Source of the DNA: Oligoflexales bacterium
GTDB lineage: Bacteria > Bdellovibrionota_B > Oligoflexia > Oligoflexales > Bog-1112
Direction: 5' to 3'
Assembly (NCBI GenBank): GCA_045105515.1
Contig: JBGCDR010000121.1
Coordinates: 1 to 20,473 of the forward strand
Length of the DNA: 20,473 nucleotides
Shown: in pieces, positions 8,737-17,922 of the stretch
Layout: every line of letters begins with the position of its first letter
Position numbering within the stretch: position 1 is the first letter of the stretch
Notes under the pieces: model-generated
The model's database searches: none
The model's input: only the letters and a program-made list of their open reading frames with translations
What the model was told of the DNA's origin: nothing
Position numbers and translations under genes: made by a program

Positions 8737-9717
8737 TTAGAAAAAGTTTACACTGGTATCGAGAATAAATTTTCTCGGGTTTACAGCCTCGCCGTTTACC
8801 CAAATCTCATAATGCAAGTGCGGGCCAGTGGTTCTACCAGTCATTCCGACCGTTGCTAGTTGTTCTCCTCTTTCGATTTTTTGCCCTGCCTGGACCATAT
8901 TTTGGGCATTGTGACCATACCGGGTAACGATGCCATATCCATAGTGGGCGACCATTATAAAGTTACCAAACCCCGCCTTGGCCCCTGAAAATATGACAAC
9001 TCCATCGGCTGGGGCTATGATTGGAGTTCCAACTGGTGAAGCGATATCTATAGCTTTATGCATTGAGCGTTTTCCGGTGAAGGGGGAAACTCTCATTCCA
9101 AAACTACTAGTGATCCATCCATGAACTGGCGAAATGGAAGGTATGGAGGAAAGTAGTGATTTTTTCTGGCTAAGAGTCGAAAGTAGCTGTTGCAACTCTA
9201 CAGCCTGTGCGTCGGAAAGTTCTTCTATGTCAGCAAGTTCGTCTATGACAGGTCTAAAAATTAGGTTATCAATATTTATTCCCAGAGGTATCTTGGATTT
9301 TTTAATTGATTCCCCCTCAATGTGGGGATTGTTTTTTTGAATTGAGAATTCCTCTGCCGAGAGGGGGCCTATTCCAGTCTTACGGCTAACTTTGTTTACT
9401 TTAAGGTTAATAATTTCGCTTAATTTCTTAGTATAATCTTGAATTCTTCTTAGAGATCGTTTTACATCTTCTAGATTGCTTACTAAGATGTGGGCTTCAC
9501 CCTTCAAGTGTTGGTTTTCTGCAATTAAACCATTGTGGTTGTTACGCATTTTTCTAAGGTCAAGGTAGTCTAGTGCCAAAAATCCGCTCACAATTGCAAA
9601 AAAGAATAAGCTTATGGTTGTCAATTTAATCAGGACATTGGGAATACTAAAATGCTTGGTCTGGGATGATCCACCCGGAATGAACATGATCGTAAAGTGA
9701 TTTTTTTTGATCTTCAT
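8737..9717 (-). CDS. M23 family peptidoglycan DD-endopeptidase (TM + coiled coil + LytM domain; LmdC/Csd1-like architecture)
   Basis: HxxxD (HKAID) and HxH (HLHYE) zinc motifs; ITSSFGMRVSPF; N-terminal TM followed by a heptad-rich region. An M23 gene just upstream of secA is a common arrangement. Confidence 0.93.
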   Translation of the reverse strand: MKIKKNHFTIMFIPGGSSQTKHFSIPNVLIKLTTISLFFFAIVSGFLALDYLDLRKMRNNHNGLIAENQHLKGEAHILVSNLEDVKRSLRRIQDYTKKLSEIINLKVNKVSRKTGIGPLSAEEFSIQKNNPHIEGESIKKSKIPLGINIDNLIFRPVIDELADIEELSDAQAVELQQLLSTLSQKKSLLSSIPSISPVHGWITSSFGMRVSPFTGKRSMHKAIDIASPVGTPIIAPADGVVIFSGAKAGFGNFIMVAHYGYGIVTRYGHNAQNMVQAGQKIERGEQLATVGMTGRTTGPHLHYEIWVNGEAVNPRKFILDTSVNFF

Positions 9718-9748
9718 AGTCGATGGTCCTTGAAATCATTTAGAGGAT

Positions 9749-10504
9749 TTATTGGCTGCGGACTTTAAGAATGATGAGAGTAATATTGTCTTCTCCCCCC
9801 CTCTCGTTTGCCAAATCAACAAGGGGGTCAACAGCATCAACTTCATATCTGAGAACGAGGTTGGCGATTTCTCTATTACTTACTTTTCCGTGTAGTCCAT
9901 CACTGCAAAGCACAAGAAAATCCTGATCTTCTAGATTTAATGATCCTGTATCCACATATTCTTCTTCTTGGTAACCGACGCTCCGAGTGATGACATTTCG
10001 TAGTTGATGGTTTTTTGCTTCTTCTTCAGAAATAACTCCTGCAGCTACCTGCTCGCTTACCAGAGAATGATCCTGGGTTAATTGGTAAATAAAACCACAT
10101 CTTAAAAGGTAAAGTCGGCTGTCACCAACTTGTGCGAAGTAGGTCTTGTCATTGATTATTTTCACAACTGTGGCAGTTGTTCCCATGCCTTTTAAGTTTG
10201 GCTCTTCCAGTGCTTTTTCGTATATTCTTGTTGAAGCAACGTTAATTGCATCAGATAGTGAACGGGTAGCTTTCAGCTCATTCAATTCTTCTTTTGGAAA
10301 TTCCTTGAGTTTAGAGTGAAATACCTCGTCAACACATTCAATACAAAGTTTGCTAGCAACTTCGCCACCTGCATGTCCACCCATGCCGTCTGCAACGATA
10401 AGTAACATTGAATTTAGGTCTATCAGGTATGCATCTTGGTTCGTCTTACGAACCAATCCCCTGTCGGTTAGACCTCTCGCATTTGCTTTGAATTGCTTAC
10501 TCAT
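9749..10504 (-). CDS. PP2C/PPM family Ser/Thr protein phosphatase (Stp1/PrpC-like)
   Basis: Motifs R..NQD, VADGMGGHAGGE, MGTT, VGDSRLY, LTQDHS, RNVITRSVG, CSDGL, GGEDNIT. Confidence 0.96.
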   Translation of the reverse strand: MSKQFKANARGLTDRGLVRKTNQDAYLIDLNSMLLIVADGMGGHAGGEVASKLCIECVDEVFHSKLKEFPKEELNELKATRSLSDAINVASTRIYEKALEEPNLKGMGTTATVVKIINDKTYFAQVGDSRLYLLRCGFIYQLTQDHSLVSEQVAAGVISEEEAKNHQLRNVITRSVGYQEEEYVDTGSLNLEDQDFLVLCSDGLHGKVSNREIANLVLRYEVDAVDPLVDLANERGGEDNITLIILKVRSQ

Positions 10505-10675
10505 AATGAACCCATAATATCTGCTAATATCATAACTAAATCAAAGCTATTAAAAAAATAGAGTGTCTATGTTGCCTAGCTATATTTTTTAAGATTAGGC
10601 ATAATACCTGGTAATGTTGAGCTAAAATTAGGTTGTCAAAACTTTCTTAGGTAAAATATTACGGGCAAAATGCAT

Positions 10676-11935
10676 CTAGTTGGAGTGCGGTTGGAGTAGG
10701 GTGTTTTCTTGGGGAAGCATGTTCACGGTATGGTGGTAGACGTCCATGATCTTTTTCCATGAGTAGTTTTTGTTGACCCATCTTTCAGATTGATTTAGGC
10801 TTTCGATTCTTATCTTGTGCCAATTTCTAGAATTTAAATACTCAAGATGATTAATAAATTCATCTTTCCCGTGATAAGAGAAAACTGAGCTCATCAACTC
10901 AGCATAGGAATTTAATACAGGGTCCTTTCCATTGAGGATAACTGGTTTGCGGGCAATGATACCCTCTAAAACTAGCATTGAGAGGCTCTCATGAGGAGAT
11001 GGATTTACAATTGCAAAGGCATTTGTAAGTAGATCAAGCTTTTTCTCTTCGCTAACAACTCCTAGATAGCGAATTCCATGATGCTTGGGGATTGAAAGGT
11101 TGTTCTCTAATGGACCAGCAAGAAATAGCATTAGTTCTTCTTTTTGGTGTTTTTGATACCAGCTGAGATAGTACTCAATTAGAACGTCAACTTCCTTTCC
11201 TTTTCCCATTCGGCCCATGAAAAGAATATATGGTTTATCATTGGTTAAATGTGGTCTAGGACTAATTTTTGATAAAGTCTGATCAAGTCCTATGCCTGCT
11301 ACCGACATTTTTGAGCCCAATTGAGGAGAAAGTGACTTAACGAGTTCCCTTTCTTTTTCACTGTTTACTAGTAAATAAGAAGCTTGCAGAAAATTTTCTT
11401 TTACTCTTGAAAAGTACAAGGGAGTTTCATCATGGGCAGTCGGTACAAATACAGCTTTTTTGCCAAGTGGGGGAATTCCAAAGACACTTGGATAATAAAG
11501 GTATGTGAAGAAGAAAACTTTATGATACTCGTGTTTGTTATTTATTAGCTGTTTAATCAAAGAAGGGCAATAAGGTCCTTGCAAAATAAACCAAAAAGAT
11601 TCTAATAAATAGCCGATTTTTTTGATGAAATATGGACATTTTTTCGAGGTTGAAATCATTTTTAGTGGGAAGGATACTAATCTTTTATAAAAAGCAAAAA
11701 GATAATGAAAGCGAGGAAAACATGTCTGAAATCTTAAAATCCTTACCTTCCCGTCGAAGCTTATTCCTTTAGAGAAATAATTTTTCCATGTTTGATAGTC
11801 TTTTGCAGTACTGGTGTAAACATCGATTTGCCAATTGGGATTCTCTGCTAGTTTATGAGCAATAATCCGTGCCAGACTTTCTGCACCACCAATGAGTTCT
11901 TTTCCATATCTTTGAACAACGATTGCTAGCTTCAT
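10676..11935 (-). CDS. Glycosyltransferase family 4 (GT-B fold)
   Basis: N-terminal VVQRYGKELIGGAE; PTAHDE; FMGRMGKGK; E-x7-E motif (HESLSMLVLE); C-terminal YSW. Confidence 0.9.
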   Translation of the reverse strand: MKLAIVVQRYGKELIGGAESLARIIAHKLAENPNWQIDVYTSTAKDYQTWKNYFSKGISFDGKVRILRFQTCFPRFHYLFAFYKRLVSFPLKMISTSKKCPYFIKKIGYLLESFWFILQGPYCPSLIKQLINNKHEYHKVFFFTYLYYPSVFGIPPLGKKAVFVPTAHDETPLYFSRVKENFLQASYLLVNSEKERELVKSLSPQLGSKMSVAGIGLDQTLSKISPRPHLTNDKPYILFMGRMGKGKEVDVLIEYYLSWYQKHQKEELMLFLAGPLENNLSIPKHHGIRYLGVVSEEKKLDLLTNAFAIVNPSPHESLSMLVLEGIIARKPVILNGKDPVLNSYAELMSSVFSYHGKDEFINHLEYLNSRNWHKIRIESLNQSERWVNKNYSWKKIMDVYHHTVNMLPQENTLLQPHSN

Positions 11936-11946
11936 AGGTCCCCAAG

Positions 11947-12831
11947 CTATTTTTTAAAGGTACAACTAAGGTCCATAGGCCCATATAGCCACTTATCTAA
12001 CTTTCGTATTTCTACGGCTGCATCGGTGTCCCCAAGTGCTGAAATAATTTTATTAAAATCACAAGCTTCAGGATGTTGAACTTTCCCAAATTCCCTTATT
12101 TCGCCTTGTTTGAATCCGCAACTGCCTGCCACAAATTGAATGTAGTCAGGATGAACAGGTTTTATGTGACTGGGGTCGAGATAAAACTGTCGGGATGAAG
12201 CCCATAATGAATACAAAGATGGTGTTTCCACCAAAAAAATACCACCAACTGCCAAGCACCGATTTGATTCCTTGAAGACTTCAATTGTATATTCAGCAGA
12301 GCAGTGTTCAATGACATGGAGATAGCTTATAAAATCGATGCTGTTGTCTTTGAACCCCTGCAAAGCATTGAGTAAGTCTCCTTGAATCGTTTGATGGCCA
12401 CGACCTTTGCAGCTTGCGATGGCTTCACTAGATTGGTCAACACCAATAGTTGTGAATCCAATTTGTTTACCCACATCGAGAAGCTCTCCATGGCCGCAGC
12501 CGAGGTCAAGAAGGCTTGCTTTTTCTTCGCTTCTCTCTTGGAGGTGTATCTTCAACCGGTGTTCATATCGTTCTTTTAGGCGTTGAGTTATCAGCTCTGA
12601 TGATCCACGAAATCTTAGCTCAAAATCTTTGTAGATTTTGTCTTCGATCCTATTTTCTTCGTTATTTTTCGACGGAGTTTCAAATTCGCTCCATTTACTT
12701 TCCAAGGCTAGCAGACGTCGTTCATAGGAATTATTTGCTGGCTCAAATCTCGATAAAAATCCAGATATTAGATATTTAATCCTATTTTTGATTGAAGGTA
12801 AACCTAGCAAATTTGTCGAACCATTTTCCAT
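11947..12831 (-). CDS. Class I SAM-dependent methyltransferase of the type found in surface-glycan clusters
   Basis: Motif I LLDLGCGHGE; HVIEH; ETP; FYLDPSHIKP; upstream Y..FE.RFRGS motif. Start set at ATG12831 (AAGG upstream), 10 nt after the Nudix stop. Confidence 0.85.
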   Translation of the reverse strand: MENGSTNLLGLPSIKNRIKYLISGFLSRFEPANNSYERRLLALESKWSEFETPSKNNEENRIEDKIYKDFELRFRGSSELITQRLKERYEHRLKIHLQERSEEKASLLDLGCGHGELLDVGKQIGFTTIGVDQSSEAIASCKGRGHQTIQGDLLNALQGFKDNSIDFISYLHVIEHCSAEYTIEVFKESNRCLAVGGIFLVETPSLYSLWASSRQFYLDPSHIKPVHPDYIQFVAGSCGFKQGEIREFGKVQHPEACDFNKIISALGDTDAAVEIRKLDKWLYGPMDLSCTFKK

Positions 12832-12841
12832 TTTTAGCCTT

Positions 12842-13393
12842 TTATTTAAATGGGGGCACATGTTTAACTGCAAGCATTATGCATAAAGCACAAATGGCAT
12901 TATCAACCTTGCCCTCACGCACAAGATCCTCAAGCCCATCGAACTCTGTGATTACCACTTCGATATCTTCTCCTGGGTCTGGGAAATGTTTGCGTTCATC
13001 AGGGATAGAGCAGCCTAATCCGAGGAAATAGTGTGATTTATTGTTATGAAAAGCTGGGTTGGGATTGATGGCTCCCAAAGGAATGAGCTTTTCTGGGACA
13101 TAGCCAGTTTCTTCTTCGAGTTCCCTAGCAGCTGCAGCCATTGGATCTTTAACTTCATGGCTGTCGATCATCCCTCCCGGAGTTTCTAGCACATAACTTA
13201 GGGAGCCTGCTCTATGTTGCTTAATAAGAAGAACTTTGCCCTCTGAGGTAACTGGCAGGACATTGACCCAATCTGGACAGCAAATGCGATGAAAAGGGTG
13301 AGTTTCTTTGCCATTGAACTCGAAGTCTAGCTTTTCAACCGCGAAAGGAATCGTTGATAGAATTTTCTCCCGCTTCTTGATGACCCAAGACAT
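12842..13393 (-). CDS. Nudix hydrolase (ADP-ribose pyrophosphatase-like subfamily)
   Basis: Nudix box GGMIDSHE...AARELEEETGY; PDWVNV, Q.R and NPA motifs; PGEDIEV loop. SD GAGGAG before ATG13393; alternative GTG at 13399. Confidence 0.9.
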   Translation of the reverse strand: MSWVIKKREKILSTIPFAVEKLDFEFNGKETHPFHRICCPDWVNVLPVTSEGKVLLIKQHRAGSLSYVLETPGGMIDSHEVKDPMAAAARELEEETGYVPEKLIPLGAINPNPAFHNNKSHYFLGLGCSIPDERKHFPDPGEDIEVVITEFDGLEDLVREGKVDNAICALCIMLAVKHVPPFK

Positions 13394-13422
13394 ACTCACT
13401 CCTCACAAGTTTTAAGGAAAAT

Positions 13423-13428
13423 ATTATA
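13423..13428 (-). promoter_or_regulatory. Possible internal -10 element upstream of the Nudix-MTase-GT genes
   Basis: Perfect TATAAT on the minus strand about 30 nt upstream of ATG13393; no good -35. Confidence 0.25.
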
Positions 13429-13502
13429 ATGTCTGACTTTAAAAGGAAATAATGCTTTGATGGAAGAATGAGAAGAGAAAATAGTGCAGCTAGTTGTAAG
13501 CC

Positions 13503-15194
13503 TTAGATAAAGTGGAACTTTACTAGAGTAACTGGCTTTTTGTTAAAGGTGCTAAAAAGCATTTTTCGTAATCGAATGCGTGCCTGTTCTGACAGCTCAG
13601 CTTTGTTTAGGGGATTGTTTTCAATCCAAGCTTCGATATGCTTCTCAACATTGCGCTTCACATCATTCTGCCATTTCTTGGGAGAAATATTCTTGGGGAG
13701 CATAAGTCCTTGTAACTCAAGCTCTGGCCCTGAAACAAATGACATGAGCTTAGAGCAAAACACGCCAGTGAGTAATGCCAGGCCTAACTCACCAATTTTT
13801 AGTCGTTCTCTAAGGATTTCCCATGGCATTGGAGTCAATGAGTCCTGGTCCACAAAATCGCAGTCAAGCTTACATTGGCCAATTATTTTCGTGTCAGCAC
13901 CATCAACTTGAAGAATATCGCCATTGTCTATTAAGCTTCGTTGTGATGGCTTATAATGAAGCTTTTTACCAATTTGAGAGTTCACCAAAAGATGAGTAAA
14001 TGTTCCATGAACTGGCAGATAGTGGGCAGGTTTGAGTAAATTTAAAAAAACTTCAAGGTCTTTCTTGTATGCATGCCCGCTCACATGTATTTCTTTGTGC
14101 TCTCTAGCAGTTATGATTTTCACACCTTTACGTCTTAGTTGGTCACAAAGGCTTAAAATTGGCTTTTCATTTCCAGGTATTACTCTGGCAGAAAATATTA
14201 TGAGATCGTCTTGCTTTAACTTTATACTGCGGTGTTCATCATTTGCAATTCGAGGCAGGCCGGAGCGGAATTCACCCTGAGATCCACTTACAAGAACCAC
14301 AAGGTCTTTATCTGGCACACTATCACAGCGATCTATGTCAACCATGATATGTTTGGGCCAAGATAGATAACCTAATTCACTACCTAGCTCTAGGCAGTTG
14401 ATCATACCTCTGCCTATCACTGCTAACTTTTTTTTATGCTTTTTACACAAATCCACAATGACTTTTAATCGCCATAAATTACTAGCAAAAGTGGTGATAA
14501 AGACTCTGCCTTTTGCGGCAAGGAGGTGTTTTTCTAGGGGCTTGATAACCGACTTTTCGCTAGGACTTGCACCGGTACTCATGGCATTGGTACTGTCTGC
14601 GATAAGGAGGTCTACACGCTCGTTACCAATGCCCTTAAGCTCTTTGAGGTTGATGGGTTTGGTTCCAATTGGGGTAGGATCAATTTTAAAATCGCCGGTA
14701 TGAAACACCTTATGTTTGTTGCCGTGGGTGCTAATAAACAAGGCGCAAGCATCGGGGATGCTGTGGTTCACATGGACATACCTTACTTTGAGAGGTGGAG
14801 CTTTAACAAGTTGGCCAGCTTTTACTAAGTGTATGTCTTTAGTTGAGACACCCCGCTCCAAAAACTTTCTTTTGATAAGCTCAACGGTCCAGGGCGTAGC
14901 GTAAATGGGTGCAGGCCATTCTTTGTAAAAATAAGGTAGAGAACCGATGTGGTCTTCATGACCATGGGTTATAAAATAAGCTTCAATTCCGCCGAAATCC
15001 TTAATAAGGTTTCGTGCTTGGGGAATGACCGCACTGACCCCTAGTTTACGTGGGTCAGGAAACATGGTTCCTGCATCCACAAGGAAAAGCTTTGACTTCA
15101 TTATATAAGCTGTCATGTTCATTCCAAATTCGCCACAGCCACCGAACGGAATTACATGGAGCATATTTTGATTTAGTTCTTTTTTTAAGCCCAC
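13503..15194 (-). CDS. rnj: Ribonuclease J (metallo-beta-lactamase/beta-CASP)
   Basis: Motifs PFGGCGEFGMNM, THGHEDHIG, NHSIPD, HTGDFK, DSTN, GSQGE, IPGNE, HVSGHA, PVHG. The GTG start overlaps the upstream TAG (TAGTG). Confidence 0.96.
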   Translation of the reverse strand: MGLKKELNQNMLHVIPFGGCGEFGMNMTAYIMKSKLFLVDAGTMFPDPRKLGVSAVIPQARNLIKDFGGIEAYFITHGHEDHIGSLPYFYKEWPAPIYATPWTVELIKRKFLERGVSTKDIHLVKAGQLVKAPPLKVRYVHVNHSIPDACALFISTHGNKHKVFHTGDFKIDPTPIGTKPINLKELKGIGNERVDLLIADSTNAMSTGASPSEKSVIKPLEKHLLAAKGRVFITTFASNLWRLKVIVDLCKKHKKKLAVIGRGMINCLELGSELGYLSWPKHIMVDIDRCDSVPDKDLVVLVSGSQGEFRSGLPRIANDEHRSIKLKQDDLIIFSARVIPGNEKPILSLCDQLRRKGVKIITAREHKEIHVSGHAYKKDLEVFLNLLKPAHYLPVHGTFTHLLVNSQIGKKLHYKPSQRSLIDNGDILQVDGADTKIIGQCKLDCDFVDQDSLTPMPWEILRERLKIGELGLALLTGVFCSKLMSFVSGPELELQGLMLPKNISPKKWQNDVKRNVEKHIEAWIENNPLNKAELSEQARIRLRKMLFSTFNKKPVTLVKFHFI

Positions 15195-16840
15195 TATCCA
15201 CCTTGAGGTTCAAAATCGAACCTATGATTGATTTTAACACTCCCTCTTTTTGGTCGCGGGAAAGACCATGAAGCCAACTTTCGTCTAACACAGTTTATCA
15301 TCTGCCTATCCCTTAACGTCGACTTTACTAAAGAAATATCCGATACCTTTCCTACGGAATCTATACGCCAGACCCAGTGCATCTTTCCTCGAAGATTCTG
15401 GTTACGACGCAAAGCTAATTCATAACATAAATTTAGTTGAAATCTGTTCTTTTTAATTGCCCGCTCAAGGTGGCGGGTATTGATGCGTCCAATTAGGGGC
15501 TCTTTCATCTTAACTTTGTTCTTCTTCTTATAGTCCAATCCTCTGATTTGCTTAATAATTTTGTCTGAATTTCGGCTGGGTGATATAGAGCGAAAAAAAG
15601 ATACAAAGCTTACTCCTTGGGGTATATATATATGGGGTGTTTGGTTGGATGTTAAAGATTTTTTGCGATCAGACTTTAACTTCAAGTATTTTCGTCTCAT
15701 ACTTGCTTTTTTTCCTAAGTTTTGTGCTTGCAAATACATCATCTCTTCATTTGTTTTTTGGTTAAAAACAGAGATTTTAGCCAGCTCATTTAGTTCCTTT
15801 CCGGAATCAACTTTGATAAGTCTTAAGGCATTATCATTGTATAGGTACTGTCCCCAGTCGTAATCTGGATCTTTTTTGAATTGTTTGGTCGTTATTCTTC
15901 TTAGGTCCAAGGAAACTTCAAATCCCTGGTGAAGTAGGTCTACTTTTTTCAAGAGTCTTAGTAATTTTTGTTGGAAACTTTCACCTAAAACGCTTGGAAT
16001 ACTAAGCATTTTACTTGAACCATTTTTTTGGCTTAAATTGTTAACTTTTTCCTGTTTCTTGATGCTATTTTGAATATTTTCATCGAAAGATCGATATAAT
16101 TCGCTGTAGTTGTTGATCGAAGAGTCAAACAAATATTGAGGATTATCAATCGGCCATCCCATAATCATTTGTGAGATACTGCGATAATAATTGGTAACAG
16201 ATGCGATGAGATCACGTCTATCAAGATTGCTTTGCAGAGCCTCGGGTGAGGTTTTGAAACTCTGAGAATTGATAAAAGGCAGAGTATAAAGATCCTCCAA
16301 CTCTTCAAATAATTTTGGCCTTTTCGTATCCAAATTTAGAATTAAAAAACTAAGAGTTAAAAAAAATACAATACTAAGACCAAGTCCAGTAATCATTCCC
16401 ACTTTTTCTTGGGGACTATCAAACATGATACTTGCCAAAGAGGCACTGTACTTAGAATTGAGGGGTATCTTGTCTTCAGGTTTGATTCCCTTTATTTTTA
16501 CCATTACCCGCAAATCTGTGAGGACAATGTTTGCATAGTCATGATCATGTAGACGAAAGTTTCTTTCGCTCCTATCACCAGACTTTAGGTAAATGGCCTG
16601 ACCTTTGCTGCTTAAATATCCTTCCCAGGGCTGATCTAATAACAAATATACTTTGCGATTTTTGATTTTTAAAATTTCTATATCTTCAAGAAGAGGGTAG
16701 TAAGGAATAGATAATAATCCATTGGGAGAGGAAGTTATTTTTAAGGTTCGTGATTTACTTACAGGGCAAGTAGCTTCAGCTATTGGATGTCCATTTTGAA
16801 GAATGCAAATTTGTACTTCATATTTGGACTTATTTACCAT
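15194..16840 (-). CDS. GltG/PglI-like TonB-family protein (beta-rich FHA-like N-domain, single TM, long linker, AgmX/PglI C-terminal domain)
   Basis: The C-terminus IKKNRFQLNLCYELALRRNQNLRGKM...W.I...G.V......ST..D..M..CV...L.SW.FP.P..GSV.I...F.F is the AgmX/PglI TonB-like signature. TM at about aa 147-168. It follows exbB/exbD-like genes. Confidence 0.8.
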   Translation of the reverse strand: MVNKSKYEVQICILQNGHPIAEATCPVSKSRTLKITSSPNGLLSIPYYPLLEDIEILKIKNRKVYLLLDQPWEGYLSSKGQAIYLKSGDRSERNFRLHDHDYANIVLTDLRVMVKIKGIKPEDKIPLNSKYSASLASIMFDSPQEKVGMITGLGLSIVFFLTLSFLILNLDTKRPKLFEELEDLYTLPFINSQSFKTSPEALQSNLDRRDLIASVTNYYRSISQMIMGWPIDNPQYLFDSSINNYSELYRSFDENIQNSIKKQEKVNNLSQKNGSSKMLSIPSVLGESFQQKLLRLLKKVDLLHQGFEVSLDLRRITTKQFKKDPDYDWGQYLYNDNALRLIKVDSGKELNELAKISVFNQKTNEEMMYLQAQNLGKKASMRRKYLKLKSDRKKSLTSNQTPHIYIPQGVSFVSFFRSISPSRNSDKIIKQIRGLDYKKKNKVKMKEPLIGRINTRHLERAIKKNRFQLNLCYELALRRNQNLRGKMHWVWRIDSVGKVSDISLVKSTLRDRQMINCVRRKLASWSFPRPKRGSVKINHRFDFEPQGG

Positions 16841-16858
16841 TATCTAAAAGTGACCTTT

Positions 16859-17380
16859 TTAGCTTGCGGGTTGCCTAGTTTCAAATGCATATTCGGATAC
16901 ACCCACCTGAGCTAATGCAATCAAAATAGGCTGTATATGGAGATATTTTAAGCTTTGATCAACAGCAAGAACGACTAAAGATTCAGTATGTGAAATTTCT
17001 TTAGCCAAGCTAGCTGACAAAGTTATTTGAACCAATCTATTTCTAAGGTGCTTTACCAGAGGTTCAATCACATCTAAATTTCTATTTTGTTCGTTCCAAC
17101 TAAAAACATGACGATCATCTGTACTAACAAATACATGGCCTTTTTGAACACTTATTGATAGCCATATTGCACCTTCCTTAGCGATTTCAGCTTCAAAAGG
17201 AAGCACATCAGCTGGATTGCCAATGCGGGGGTTTATTCCTAATAATATGTGTCCTGAAAATAGTAAAACTAATCCAAAACTAAAAAGGCATGGATAAGGG
17301 AACCAAGAGTTGCCTTCTTGCAGTCTTGTTTTCACTATTTCGAAATGCTTTCTAAGAAAGCTATTTTTCTTTCTGTACAT
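16859..17380 (-). CDS. Divergent ExbD/TolR (AglS-like) subunit
   Basis: Basic N-terminus, one TM (WFPYPCLFSFGLVLLFSGHILLG), and C-terminal ExbD-type motif VVLAVDQSLKYLHIQPILIALAQVGVSEYAF. Third gene of an exbB-D-D operon. Alternative TTG start at 17386. Confidence 0.65.
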   Translation of the reverse strand: MYRKKNSFLRKHFEIVKTRLQEGNSWFPYPCLFSFGLVLLFSGHILLGINPRIGNPADVLPFEAEIAKEGAIWLSISVQKGHVFVSTDDRHVFSWNEQNRNLDVIEPLVKHLRNRLVQITLSASLAKEISHTESLVVLAVDQSLKYLHIQPILIALAQVGVSEYAFETRQPAS

Positions 17381-17382
17381 AC

Positions 17383-17922
17383 TCAACTAAACTCTGAAGC
17401 TAATATGATATGTTTATAATCTGTTTTAGATTTCAAGTAGTGCATGATTTGAATAATTACAGCCACTGGCCACTGTTCTCCAGGAAGTAAAACGGCAAAT
17501 TCTGAAGGCTCAATGTTGAATTGAACCTTTCGACTCCGGTGCCATTTTTTTAGGAGGGTGATAAGTTCACCAACTTGGGGACTGCCAGCATGATGAGGCA
17601 CTTTAATTTTATTGCGGATTTCGGAAAATCCTTTCGTAAAAGAATTCATATCACCAAGGTAAAAAGCGTCATTTGCTAGGATAATTAAAGGTGTAGTTTT
17701 TCCGATGGTGTTTGATTGCCTTGATTTGTTCCCATCTTCGGAAGTATTTTCAAGTGGAGCGTGCATTATAGGAATAACCGACCTAATCATTCCAAATTGC
17801 CATGAGAGTGAAATAGTTCTCATACCGTAGGAACAGACATTTATTATCCCAATGAGCAATAGCACCATACAAGGGACATACCATGTCGTATCAGATAATC
17901 TCTTCTTCGTCTTTGATATCAT
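17383..17922 (-). CDS. Divergent ExbD/TolR (AglQ-like) subunit
   Basis: Basic N-terminus MISKTKKR, one TM (WYVPCMVLLLIGIINVCSYG), and C-terminal ELITLLK...AVLLPGEQWPVAVIIQIMHYLK...YKHIILA with an ExbD/AglQ-like pattern. ATG17922 preferred over the track start 17988, which lies deep inside the upstream gene. Confidence 0.6.
   Translation of the reverse strand: MISKTKKRLSDTTWYVPCMVLLLIGIINVCSYGMRTISLSWQFGMIRSVIPIMHAPLENTSEDGNKSRQSNTIGKTTPLIILANDAFYLGDMNSFTKGFSEIRNKIKVPHHAGSPQVGELITLLKKWHRSRKVQFNIEPSEFAVLLPGEQWPVAVIIQIMHYLKSKTDYKHIILASEFS

Noticed and set aside
12327..15863. Many short ORFs overlapping the MTase, Nudix, rnj and gltG-like genes
   Set aside because: Antisense or out-of-frame shadows with no independent coding evidence.
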